Positions 1 to 12,529 of a stretch of DNA of 64,000 bases are shown here, in pieces. Each line of letters opens with the position of its first letter. Position 1 is the stretch's first letter. This DNA is from Botryllus schlosseri (Eukaryota): contig CM119384.1 of NCBI GenBank assembly GCA_051294905.1, positions 9,486,001 to 9,550,000 of the forward strand. Direction: 5' to 3'. The position numbers were made by a program, and so were the translations under genes. Below the pieces are notes generated by a model. It saw only the letters and a list, made by a program, of their open reading frames with translations. It was not told the DNA's origin and did no database searches.

Positions 1-972
1 AAAAACAGATCTGGGTGAAAAAGAAATCAGGAGTTGCATGTCTGGTCAGTGGTCATGCTGTGATGCGATTGTGCAGTCTCGTTTTATATTGAGCCCCCAT
101 TGTTATGTCACAAGAAATTGACCGTAAACGAAGTGAATAGATCAGGGCTGATCCCGACATCCTCTGATCAGGCTACGCAACTGGCGGACTGCGGTCCTAA
201 TGCGGACGTTTTCAGTGTTGAATCCTGAGCTTATCTGTCTCAATTTACTTATATTTTTAACAAAACGAAATCGACTATCGCTGATTTGCAAAAGCAAAGA
301 GAAGTGATAATTTTCCTGCATTCACCACTGATTTCGTCTCGTCCTCGTCACCTCGTCACTCGTCACACATTTCGATGATTGATTTTGCTAATACTGCTTT
401 ACCAAATTTTGTATATAGTTTTACCGTATTATTTTGTATTATGGTATCCTATATATACCATTTTTGGGCAAACTGCAGCTCGCGAGCCGCATGCAGCTGT
501 TTGAGCCTTTAATTTCGGCTCTTTAATGATTACACAATGTACAATTGCGCGTGCACAATTGCACATGCGTTTCGCCATTTTGCTAGAGAGATTTAACCTG
601 ATAAAAGATTTAAATGATAAATTGATGCATTTTATCACATATTAACAATATGCGTGTTGTTTTCGTGTTGTTTCTTTCCTTGTGGTTTACGTAACTCTTG
701 TAAAATTGAGGGGAAGGTGGCACTATAGGGTTAGAACTTTGCAATTGAACTCTCAAAATCTAGTTCACAACTGCAGGTAAACCTTTCACCCGCAACGATG
801 GAACATGTTCATCAATATACGATTGTGTTCAACAATGAACTTGATAATTAATCACGGTAGCGCCCTAGCGCAGGTCACAATCATTTCCGGACTAACAATG
901 GTGAATACTGAATACGGCTCTTCGATTCGTATCGTAAAGGCTAGCAATGACGGCACAGTGCATACTGCACAG

Positions 973-2580
973 CAGACATAAGGTGATTACTTCACGAATG
1001 TAATCGATTGCGATTACGGTTACTTCTGAATCACGCAAATACGATTACAAATACGATTATAGCAAAATCGGGAAGGAGTTACATTTATTTTGCTTATGAG
1101 AACTTATTGGAAGACCTCTGAGAGAATAACTTTTTCAGATGAGTCGTCATAACATCATTTGCTGTTGATGTCATAATATACCCCCAGCATAACTTATAGA
1201 AATGAACATTTCGTGCCGGCCATTACCGCGCCACCTCAGCAAGACCAACATGTGACTCCGCGAAGTATGCTGGCAAAGGAATGCCTTGACCGTAAGTTTG
1301 TGTATGTGTCCATTGTCCATGGCTGCGCCGGATGGTCTCGAAGAATAGTCCTGTCCTCCAAATCTGAGCCTCACAATACAATTGTCACCCGGGGCACCAA
1401 CTGAGGAAATTCATGCGCCCGTAACAATAAGGAAATTTATGTGTGCGTATACGAAAAATTTTTCTTTCCGCTACATTTTGGCGACTCCGATATCTCTTGA
1501 CTGTATAGTAGACGCGAAGTCACGAATTAACAACATTCAATAAAGTAATAATAACAACGGGCCCGCCCGAAGATGTTAGAATTATGAAATAGGCCTATGT
1601 GCCCTAATTTTCGAAGACACCCACGTCCCCCAGCTTAACCGGTAAATCTGACCGCGGGAGCTGAGAGAGGATTAAAATGAACATTATTATATGCAATTAC
1701 CAATATTTTACACGAAATAAGTCATGAACTTGAAAAATTGTTTGCGCTTGGCGCGACTTGGCAACGAATATACAGCGAATTCATATCCCATCTAAACTTG
1801 CCTTTCAGTTGTTGCGAAAAACCCGATCGTAAAAAGGGGTCTGGGGTACTTCGCCCGCCAGACGTTTTGGTTATCACCCTATTATTAAGGACCCAAGACC
1901 ACCGTTTGGGGTAGGACGAAGTGCTGTTTCGGTCCTGATTCCAGCTGCAACCCACGCTTACATGGTGGAAATCGTCATGTTTAATTTGACGAGTACAAAG
2001 TTTCAAATCTTTGTCCGGCGCAGTGCATTTAAATAGGCCCATTGCTCGGCAAGCAGAAACGATCAAACGGCGTCTAACTAAGCATAACCAAACAACAGTA
2101 GCCTACATACGTTACTATTTGAAACTAGGCAGGTGGGGATTATTATCTTGCGGTGAGGTAGTGGCGTCAGGAGTGTATTGGTACATTGATGACCTGATAC
2201 ACGGCTTGGCGGGTGTTTTTACAATCACGTACCACAGGTACATCGAATAGCTATTTACTACGTTTGGATAATTCGCTTTGCAATGACGAGCCAAGCTAAT
2301 ACTTATGACGTAATAATGAGCAGTGGCGTTTGAAAACCCGACGTTTCTGCTATCAATAACATCGTAGCCTATAATATCGCACTCTTCGCTGTTCATGCTC
2401 ACCAATGTTCAGATTATGTCATCTCATTCATGGTCCTTGTTAAAATAAAAAGTAATCGTTCTTTCACAAAGAAATCGATTAGATGTGAGAAATAGTCGAT
2501 TACGATACTTTGAATTTTTTTCGATTGTAATCGATAGCTGTAATCGATTACGATTACTAATAACGATTACCCCATGTCTG
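973..2580. mobile_element. Non-autonomous hAT-type DNA transposon (1.6 kb)
   Basis: Ends CAGACATAAGGTGATTAC / GATTACCCCATGTCTG form an imperfect TIR; perfect 8-bp TSD CTGCACAG at 965-972 and 2581-2588; subterminal CGATTAC/GTAATCG arrays; no transposase ORF inside. Confidence 0.85.
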
Positions 2581-2758
2581 CTGCACAGTGCAACATTTGG
2601 CCAGGAAAACGCCGCTAAGCAATAAATTACAAGAAAAGAAATTATATACAGGAAAATAGAACCTTTAAAACAGAATGGAAGGAATAGTTTGCATTAAGTG
2701 ATAATAGAGGTAAGCCATTGTGTTGTATCTGTCAATTACAAAGCTAGTAACTTGAAAG

Positions 2759-3625
2759 TAGGGATGGTGTGAACCTCTGAAAGGTTCAGGTTCGTGTGAA
2801 CGCGAACCTTTTTGAAAGGTTCTGTGTGAACGCGAACGTGAGCCTCGTGACGTCATAATCCTAATTCCATCCATGCATTTCAGTGAGTTGATATATTAAT
2901 GTAAACAATACTTTGCGACAACTCGGACCACATTATGCCACAATGCAAGAGTAGGCTACATACTGACTTTTTAACCGTCACCTAATGTATCAAGTGGAGC
3001 AATCAAATGATATAATAATCCCATAAAATCAATATCTTCCGTCACTTTGCCAAGAATTTCGACGAGGACTTTTGGGAAATATCAGCTTACGGTTTAACGG
3101 TATAGGCCAGACCTGAGCAAAGTGTAAAACGGGTTTCTATACTTGCCACCCATATTACCCCATTAACAAGTTATACAGCAGTAGCCAACACCTCAATCGC
3201 ACTGATTTGGTTTTAATGATACTGTAAACATGTGAAGTCAAGTTTGACGCCTGCTACATTTTTTACATCAAAAAACGATATCAATCTTCTTGATTGGTTG
3301 AATAAGCATCATTCGATGACTATATGTAGTGTATTTCGCGCGTGATGTTGTGTGATTGCGGGTCAAGCTCAATTTTTGAGATTGTCAAGGTGCATGCTCG
3401 TTTAGTGTTGATTCTTTTTATGCTACCAGCGCCATGCATAGAGTGGCCCGCATGTGAAATGCGCAAAATCTGAACCGAAGATGCTATAATGAAGTGAAAA
3501 TTATAATACATGAAAAAGGTTCACAGTGTAGAACCTACCAAGGTTCTGTTGTGAACGTGAACCTCTAAATTTCCGAGGTTCACACACAGAACGCGAACGT
3601 GAACCTCACGTTCACACCATCCCTA
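2759..3625. mobile_element. hAT-type MITE, family A copy 1
   Basis: TIR TAGGGATGGTGTGAAC / GTTCACACCATCCCTA; perfect 8-bp TSD CTTGAAAG (2751-2758, 3626-3633); a closely similar second copy lies at 45395-46751. Confidence 0.9.
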
Positions 3626-5995
3626 CTTGAAAGGTCATTCCGAAACCAAACACCAACACTTTATCACGAGTTACCCAACAATGACAGATTTACGGAGCAA
3701 TCATATTACCGAGCTGAAATCTTCCTTAAATGCTCATCAGCATTTGAAGGAACTGCTCCGTACTGCTTTGACGTCAAATCAGCCTGATTTCAAAGTATTT
3801 CAACATTTTGCAGCCCAGGTGGATACGCACTTTATCACCGGTCACCAAACAATAATCATAATTTTTTGAGTTGTGGCGCTTTTAATACTAATATTTTTGA
3901 TGTGCGGCTCGTGCATGAAGCAGGCCTGCCCACCTCTGCCGTATATACTCTCCGCGGTGTGCAATAAGCCGAGTTCAAATAAGCACTGTACAGTGTACAA
4001 TGGTACATAGGCTGGATTAGAGAACGGAATGGATAGTGGGTGTACGGAAGCCCAAGATCGACTGAACGTTCCGGAAGCGCATCCCGGATGGACGAAGTTC
4101 TTATTGAGCTTTACTGACGTTTCCGACTTTTCGCAACCGCTAGATGACACTCTCGGAATATTTATATCGTGTGCGATCATATGCAATCCAAGCGAAATTC
4201 AGCATCGATGCTAGTATAGTCATCATTTTTTCATGCAAATCTACGGAACGTTCTCTTCGGAGATTTCGCCTACGTGCTGATCAGTGATATTAGTATGCAA
4301 TTTAATTACGTATTTTTCGTTCTGGATACAGAAACAAATCGAGGAGAAATAGGCTACCCTCCAAATCTCCAACAGATCTGGATTCGTCGGGTGAAATTTT
4401 TCCTCCCATCCCATATTTGGTACAGATCTCATGTCATATTAGGTAGATCGTTGTGTCAGTACCGTTACAAATCTTTCAACTCACGGCAGAAAAACCTTCT
4501 TGATATAGTGAACGTGCGAGTTGATATCGTTCTTAGCAAAACTGAACCAGGTGCTCTCTATGTCCCTGACTGACATCCGATGTCATGAAGATGATGACAA
4601 TAGTTCAACCTCAGAGGTTGTAATAAATGTTAAATAATTTTCGTTTTAATATTTTGGCGCGTGCAGGGGGTTGGAGATGATACTTTATTCTTTGTCCAGG
4701 GGGCGTTAGCTGAAGAGTCCGGAAAACAGCTATATAGACAAATCCGATAGATGTCGCTAGATAGTAAATAATTCGTTGCGGATCTTCCGCATCCGCTTGT
4801 TATGTTCATCAGTTCAGATCAAATTACCGTTACAAAACATTCTTCAGCTGGTTCGGTTTTGTGGGCTCGCGTTTAACACGACTATCGACTACATACCTGT
4901 AAATTGAAGCCAAATCGAACAATCCGTGCGCTGTAATTCTGAAGAATCCGAGTAATTTTACCAATGCGCATAGGGAAGCCTGTAAACCCGACGAAAGGAA
5001 GTAGTATGTAGCGTTTTCGCAGGATATTTCTACCAAGGATCGTCTGTGTCATCGTAGAGCGATTTGAGAATTAGGAAGTCTGCTGGTGGCATTATCCTGT
5101 TGATCGCCGATTTGATTCTACTTTATTTATTAACAAAACAATATATTTGCAATGTTTGTCATCATAGACACACGCGAAGGAAGGAGGCTTATTCATATAA
5201 TACCGAGGAAACGTAGACAAGGTAAAAAACAACCAACTGACGCCCTTCCCGTAATCAAACACGACGGTTACGCTATTTGTAGTGTTGATGGTTTAAGCTG
5301 GCTCCCCATACTCCCATTTACGATATGATAAATCGAGACGTTGTTTTGACGTCTCATTCGCCAGAGAGTGAACCGACCCAGGAAAAAAAGAGAGACAAGC
5401 TTCAACAGCCCCGAGCAGTTATCGATTCACAAACAGCGCGAGAGAGATCCGCTTACAAGAAGACCGGAGTAAGACTATACAGAAGAAACAGGCGGATAAA
5501 GAGTGGGAAATGTACGGCAAGTCGAAAACAAATCGCGTCACAGGCGGTCGCCGTCTTCGTAGTAAAGCGCTATGGCGATCGTAGTCAGTTGTAGCAGTAA
5601 ATGAGACGAGTTCAATAATATGTTAGCAGCTTTATAACCTAAGGTGTGTTGCTGTGTTAGAATATTTTCATTATGGCAGGATTCGGTAACTCAGATAAAA
5701 ATGTAGACTCAAAATTATGGAAGATGTCCTGTCCAGTTAGCCATGTAACACTACGATGGCATCATCAACCAAGCAGTTGTTGATGTTACTGCGAATGCCG
5801 GATAGTTGTTCTGGATTTGCAAGGGTATTATCAAGTAAAACTGGGTTGTGTGCGGCGTCAAACTGACTGGCATACCGAACAGCTAACATCATACCGTATT
5901 TTCACAGGCTCTTGTTAGATTATACCGCGTTAGAAATATCTGACCTCTTGCTGCAAGTGTTGAAGACCGCATCCACTGGTGTTATCGATTCTGTT

Positions 5996-6329
5996 ATGGC
6001 GCCGGATATGGACTGCATTTCGCCTACACTTTTGAAGGAAGGTTACCTCAAAAAGCCAAAGAAATGGAGCAAGAGATACTTTGTTATTCGCGAAGGGCCG
6101 CCTGCGTGCCTCGAATATTATGACTCACATAAACGTAAAGGCAACGGTAAGCCTAAACGTGTGATACCCCTCGAACATCCCTGGAGTATCCACAAAAAGG
6201 CTTTGTCGAAGCAGAAATACCTCGTAGCCATATACACAGAGACGGAGTATTTCAGCATGGCGGCAGATAATGAAAATGATCAAGCTAATTGGGTGAACGC
6301 ATTGCGCCTGGCAGCGTTGGGAAGTCGAG
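5996..6329 (+). CDS. IRS: Insulin receptor substrate (IRS1/2/4-like), coding exon 1: PH domain
   Basis: MAPDM...LKEGYLKKPKKWSKRYFVIRE...LEYYDS...PKRVIPLE...KYLVAIYTETEYFSMAADNENDQANWVNAL matches the IRS-type PH domain (IRS1 GYLRKPKSMHKRFFVLR...LEYYE...HLVALYT...AADSEAEQDSWYQAL). Phase-1 donor G|GTAAGA at 6330; upstream acceptor TTTTCACAG at 5899-5907. Confidence 0.93.
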
Positions 6330-7529
6330 GTAAGATACGTCTCTAATAAAATTTGGAAATTTGATGCTCTCAATCCCGGTTGTTTTTATAAATATATGGA
6401 TGCACGAATGTGCATATTGATATTATTTATCAACTTTAATTTTGTCCGTAGAGAACTCGGTTAGCGCTTTCAGAATTGCCAAACACTTCGGTTTTCCGTA
6501 CCGTAATCGCTAGCGACAATTCGACTGCCGCAGTCGGCAAAAGTCGCACCGACATCATTACGAATCACGTAATTATCGTCAAAATATCCGGTTATATTTA
6601 AGATGTAATCCTATTACGCGATGTGTAATCTCGGCTCGATCGGTGCGCGGTAAATACCGCGAGTGAAGTGACTCTGTTTCGGCCCGGGCATTTTGATGAA
6701 AATGAACATCGCCTCTGTCATCCTCAATTCTCGATTTGTTGATGATTCAATCTGTGCGAAAATGACGTTTGTTATTGAAAGTATGCTCCGGAATTCACGC
6801 GACTACGTCCGGTGCGCAATCACAATTGTGTAGGTGTGAAATCTTTGCGCACGATCGTTCCCACGTTTGAGATCAGATAGGTCGATTACTGATATTCCTT
6901 TTCCGCGCCTGAATCGCTGTTGTCATTAGTTTCGAAGTCGACTCGATTATTCCCGGTTTCGCTACCTGTTGACGGCGCCTTGCTGTTTTGTTCGTCATAG
7001 CAATTATCAGCGGCTAGCCGCCGTGCTCGAAACGGCTTCCCGTCGACTTGTCAACGACTTTTCTCAAGGCTAATTTGGTTATTTTCGGAATATTTACGAC
7101 GTCTGCGTGCGTATTGCATTCATTCTTAACTCGCTGTTGATAATTGGACATCCTCAATAGCTAGGCGTAATTTTCCCCGTCGGACGTCATAAGCGTACCG
7201 TTACCATAAGCCGAACATTGTTTTCGGATGATAAACACCCGTAGTGAAACGCGATCGCAGCGCTGTTACTTTGTCAATTGTAATATTATGGATATGTGGC
7301 ATTGTTAATACCTCCGCGTATTGTTGAACATCCCATGTCGCGTGCCTTCCGTAACGGGCGAAGACATTTGATATTAATACCCCTAGAGAAGCGCTGTAGT
7401 CACCCGGGCGCGGACCAGGTGTGTCTTAGCAGTCTACGTCACAAAGCCCGTGAAAAGATAACTTGCCCTGCACTCATTTGTTTTGATCGTATCTACGAGT
7501 GTAGTCTATAAAATCGTCGGTGTGAAATG

Positions 7530-7671
7530 TGTTATGAGTCATTTTTTCCCGTTATTTCTCGCGATCGTTGTTTTCATCGAGATAACGGCCGCTTGTTCTT
7601 TGATATCGGCGAGATCCCGCTCGAGAATTTGTTGACGACCTGCGCGACTTTTCGCGCTGTTATGAGTCATT
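7530..7671. promoter_or_regulatory. Paired identical 14-mers TGTTATGAGTCATT (AP-1-type core) in IRS intron
   Basis: Exact 14-bp copies at 7530-7543 and 7658-7671, each containing ATGAGTCAT, within a CpG-rich intron segment. Confidence 0.3.
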
Positions 7672-7997
7672 ATGGTGGCACTTGAAAAAAATCCTTTATG
7701 AGAGTGGCGATCGTTCGCGGCTGATGTCCGTGTTTGCCGGGTACATTACAAACGTTATGGACTTTAGTGTCGATTTGTAACGTAACTCGTTGTTGTTTGG
7801 CGACATGCCAACGAAACGTTAACGAAGTAATTAGTACTATTGCGTTGATATCGGTCCGACAATAATGGACTGATGCTGCGACGCACGGGCGCCGGCGTGT
7901 TTAGCAGCTGACAACGACAATCCCGTCTCATCCAAGACGCCGCGCGCGCATCGATTAAATCCAAACCGTGACGTCCGATATCGGTAAAGTCGATCGT

Positions 7998-8200
7998 GAT
8001 TATGGCTGGACGCAATGATTCGAGCGCTCGAATCCGAACAATTAATGATTGATGATTCGTGTAGAAAAGTGAGAGACGAATATTTCGAGTACTGATAATG
8101 TATGGTTCTATTCACTAAGAGTTATATTATCCACGCGAATTATAGTTTCGACACTTTCATGGGGAGCCTTGAAACCTCGATTTGTCTAACGCAGCATAAA
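7998..8200. mobile_element. Degenerate left end of the TAGGGCTGGG MITE family
   Basis: Aligns by eye with 27574-27750 (GCAATGATTCGAG.CTCGAATC.GAA...TTTCGAGTACTGA...GAGCCTTGAAACC...CGCAGCAT). Confidence 0.6.
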
Positions 8201-8439
8201 AAACATGTAGTACACGCACGTAAATGGCAACGTTATTCTGTTTATCTTGATCAACCCTCAACGTTGTGAGAAAGTGCTATGAACTAGTTATCATTTACAA
8301 AATACCAAATCGTCTGTACTTGAACTCCATATCATCCATACTTTTTTACATACTAATCAGTGATACTCGAACCCAAAATATTCGTTTCACTCAGGTATTA
8401 TCAATTATCACAGCGTGCTGACCGATTTCCTATTTTCAG

Positions 8440-10475
8440 CTTACCATGCCATGTCGCACGTGCTGTACCAAAACATTTGGCATGGGCACGTCGAGACGAA
8501 GGAGCTGGACGGTTGCGACCCAGTCAAAAAAGAGAATTTGCAGGGCAGTCACCGGTGCTGTCTCACAGAACGGTCGCTGGTTTTCGTCAGAGTCAATTCC
8601 ACCGGCGGTTGCAATGTACCGGCCCATGACTCCGTCGAGGTGGTTATTGCTGGTATCCGCAGTTGCGGGCATAAGGAGAATGTCTTTTTCATGGAGCCAG
8701 GCCGGTCTTGCGGTATCGGCACTGGCAGACTGAGTATGGAACTCGAGGACAGCACGATCGCAGACAACATGCACAAAACCATACTCGCACTTTGGAACAT
8801 AACCACAAATGGTAACGGTGAAACGCGACCACGCGCCACAAGCCTCAGCAATCGCACGAGACACTATTACTGCCCACCACCAAGTCAAGTCGGACTGGGC
8901 AAGTCTGCTCTAGGGCACGTCGCGAAAACTACACACAGGCCCGAGCAGGACCCAAGGACACGGTGTGGTAGCATGCCCACCAAGTCCAAAAAGCACTTGG
9001 AGGACACGAGAGACCGCGCGTCCAGCGAAGGCGCACAGGGCATGAAACAGATCCGTCCCGGTTACAAGTCAGGGATGAGCAGGCTGGCGAAGAGAAGTTC
9101 CACGCGGAGTTTGACGCCGTCTAGCGGTGCCAGCTCGAATAGCTCTAGCCGCGAGCGTGTAAACACCCCACTATATCTGCCCATCAGTAAAACGAACGGT
9201 CACGATGAATACGTGGATGTGAACCCTGTTAATGTCAACATACCCTTTCGCTACGACGATGATTTGAGCTTCGAGCACTACAACAAAGAGAATTCGTCGG
9301 GCGCCCCGTCGGTGCAATCGTCGAGTCATTCGCGTACCCATTCGTTAGACGATAACTACAGCTTTGCGGCACCGATGTCATCTGCGTCGTCCTCTGTGGA
9401 CGGGCAAGGCGATTACACCGGGACATCACCGTCGAGGTGTACTTGTGGTGGCGTGCGCCACCCGGCCGACGATCCAGCCCCAGATTATACTTTTATGAAC
9501 CCGGCTAGTGTCCGGACAGAAGATAAAGACGGTTACGTTCCGATGGGCCCACTGACGCGGTCCCAGCCACAGGAGATAGCGAGCCGGAGGTGTTCGCTGT
9601 CTGAAAAAATGGTGACAAGCGCCGGACACTCTCCCGTGTCGCCCAACCGGTCTCCGGGCAAGTACCCGCACTTGCGTAGGATGCGTGTCACTGAGAAAGG
9701 TCTCTCCAATAGTTACCCGGTCAATAGACTGCCGAGGACGCGGGCTGCCCCGTCGCACGCGAACACTTGGCACGGACTGCGTGACACGACTAACTACGAC
9801 AATGTCCCGGATCATTTCTCCCAGTCCCGGCACGCGGTGAGACCCTCGAATCTGGACATTTGCTCCGACTCGAGCGAGTACCTCCCCATGGGGGATTTCC
9901 CACGCACGGTCAACGATATCAACGCGAGTCGCGACTCTGACGTGTATCACGACTACCTACCCATGAGCCCGATGAACTCGGGGAGTAATGTGGTTGTTGG
10001 CAATGTGCTGTCAGTGGCGCGGTGCGACAGCGCCGGGGTGTCCCAGCCCACACGGTACCCGCACCAAAGATCAGGCGTGCACATGCACACACACACAAAC
10101 TCTCTGGAGCGCAGTAGTAAACTACCGAGACGCAACACCCTGTCCGCGGGTATATCGTTGCCGTGGCGTGGCCCGCGCAGCGTCAAAAGGAGCATGACAC
10201 GGGTCGATAGTCAGTCCATGGTAAAGACAGTGTCGGTGTCTGACCCAGCGAAGCTGCCACCGGTGTCTCAGCCTGGTGGAGAATACGTCATGATCGATTT
10301 GAACAAAGCAAAACAGCAGGTTGGGCCAGATTACGTCAGCCTGGTGACGGAAAGCGCAGACCCGTACCTGTGCTTCGACCAGGTCGACGACAGGCGGAAA
10401 ATGACTCGCGACTCGAATGGAAACATACTGCCTCCCCAAGTAGACAACGCCGCAAAAGATGAAGACGAATATTGA
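8440..10475 (+). CDS. IRS: Insulin receptor substrate, coding exon 2: PTB domain and Ser-rich tyrosine-motif tail
   Basis: Acceptor TATTTTCAG|CT is phase 1 and joins exon 1 in frame (G+CT=Ala). PTB signature RCCLTERSLVFVRVN...IRSCGHKENVFFMEPGRS...G...MELEDSTIADNMHKTIL. YxxM motifs YTFM (9486), YVPM (9534), YLPM (9879, 9954). Stop TGA ends at 10475. Spliced CDS 2370 nt, 789 aa. Confidence 0.95.
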
Positions 10476-11783
10476 TTTACGAAAAAGACGCTCTCTCGCT
10501 GACTTAATAGGTACTAAAGTTATTCGCGTTCGTTCGACGACTGTACTTCTCTACCTCTGACGAATGTCGAGGTGTTTATTGTAGCCGCGCGCGGGGCGCG
10601 AGAAAATCAATTCGCGCTTCGCGCGTGATCCTGTCCGTTGTGAAAACTGCACTGTTATTATTGTTTCACGTGGTTTCGTGCTCTGCTCATTCTACGGTCG
10701 CTATCGAAATCATACGTGCTCCGGCGTTTACCGCGGTCCGCGCGCTCTCTCGATACGCGCGTCAACAATGTATCCCTAGTCGGTTTGATTTGGTTTGTCA
10801 ACAAAATGTTTTCGATGGTCTGTCCCGTTCGGATTTCGCCCCGCGTACGCGAATACCCCGCGGCAGGTCCCGTGGGTGTTTATTCGGCTCGCGGGACGAT
10901 CTGGGAATCAGGCTGACCGCGTATGTCTCCCCCCTCTATAAAGACAAGTTTGTCGTAATATCTTTACTGATTCTTTTATTCTTCACTACATTATCGTATT
11001 TAGTGACTTTCAGTATCAATAATATATGAGTTACTGTTATCGGAACGAGCTTTTGATATCTGCTTATCGTGCGTGATAAGGGTCAGGCTTTGGACAGATT
11101 AGATAGCCAGGTGTTGCGCAAGTTGGTATCTGAGAGAGTGTGTTCGGTTTTAGCTACAGAAAGAGGGCAATAACAAATCCGTTGAAATTGTGATAGTTTG
11201 CTGCTCAACCACAACGGTTGGAGACAAGATTATTTTGAAAATATATAAAATTAGCGCTATTAGGCTTCGTAAAATTCAGAAGTTGCCAGTAGGGTTGACA
11301 CAACGATTCGAATCACGGTAGTGAAAGTAGATTATTTCGAGTAATCAAATATACTCTTTCACACCAAGAGTAATATTTTAAAACCGGAAAATATAGTGCC
11401 AATATTATATCCCCACCGTTGGAAGCTCGAAACCTCTGTTAGTCGTATCCTAGCACATTAAAACATGGAGCATTCATGGGACTGCGATTTATGTCAAGTG
11501 GTGTTCGACCCTCGCAATGTTCACAAAGCGTCACGAAATAGTCATGCTCCAAAATTACGTAACTGTTTCGATGACTGTCACTGGCATCATTTCATTTGTC
11601 GCCCCAAAAAGATACATAATTGAACTTCTTAGTAATTATCAAGGTTATACGTCATTATAGAAGGTTAGGCGTCTCCTCACATCACCTGCTGTTTACTCAA
11701 TTTTACCCAGTAGTATTTTTGAGGCTGGTGAAATGACTGGGATTTCGTTTGGAGGACTCGAACTTTTTATCCAAGTTCCTACC

Positions 11784-11946
11784 AGAGTATTGGGAGTTTA
11801 TCTAGGCTCCTCCTCGCCATCTTATCCGTGTAAGTGGACCATGCTATGTCTGCAGACAGCCTACGCAATCAAAATAAAGGGAATCGGCACGGTGTAAATG
11901 ACCATTGTAGTCGAAAACACCATGTATACGACAAACAACAACAACT
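11784..11946 (+). mobile_element. SINE family copy (body and CAA tail)
   Basis: Shares GTTTATCTAGGCTCCTCCTCGCCA and GGTGTAAATGACCAT.GTAGTCGA.AA.CACCATG with 20637-20900 and 26413-26553; ends in CAA repeats. Confidence 0.7.
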
Positions 11947-12024
11947 CTTTATCCAACTTCTATAGCGTTAGGGGCTCCTCGGAAGTGGAGATTTCCGATC
12001 GTTTAGTAAGGAGAGCGAGTTTTG

Positions 12025-12529
12025 CAGAGTTGTAACGACTCTCGCGATTTTACGTGACTCGAGTCATTCTCATTTTCACCAAAATGAAAAATGACTCGGA
12101 CCAAGTCATATGACTCGAGACATGAGTCTACCAAGACAGGCATTTCATTGTAATTTCGAAGAATAGTAAAGTTATCGCACTATAATCATTTCGTCTATCA
12201 GTACTGGTCCTTGAAAATGCTACCAGAAACTGCGTTTAAAGTGAGGAAAATAAGTATTATGGATGCGAAGCATTAGATATCACCGAGCATAGTTGTAAAA
12301 TGTGGGATTCCCATGACATTAACTCGGAACTGAACAGTCAACACAATGACTTGGACTTGGACTCGGACTTGAGTCAAAACACTATGACTCGGACTCGTTA
12401 ATCTACTCCGTGACTTGTACTAGAACTTGACTCGGTGGTGAATTGAAAATGACTCAACTTGACTCGAGTCAAAACTATAAAAGTGAGATTGACTTGCGAC
12501 TCGGAATCTTGTTACTTGGTTACAGCCCA
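12025..12529. mobile_element. hAT-type MITE with GACTC/GAGTC subterminal arrays
   Basis: Ends CAGAGTTGTAAC / GTTACAGCCCA; flanks GAGTTTTG / TAGTTTTG (7/8 TSD); many GACTCG/GACTTG motifs as in 58721-59694. Confidence 0.7.

Noticed and set aside
3688-3759. 72-nt AG/GT-bounded segment DLRSNHITELKSSLNAHQHLKELL resembling a leucine-rich-repeat exon
   Set aside because: Spacing does not fit LxxLxLxxN when joined, the donor (GTACTG) is weak, and no partner LRR exons were found.
8436-10439. Several 65-175 aa ORFs overlapping IRS exon 2 on the antisense strand or in shifted frames
   Set aside because: Expected by-products of a GC-rich coding exon; no recognisable domains.
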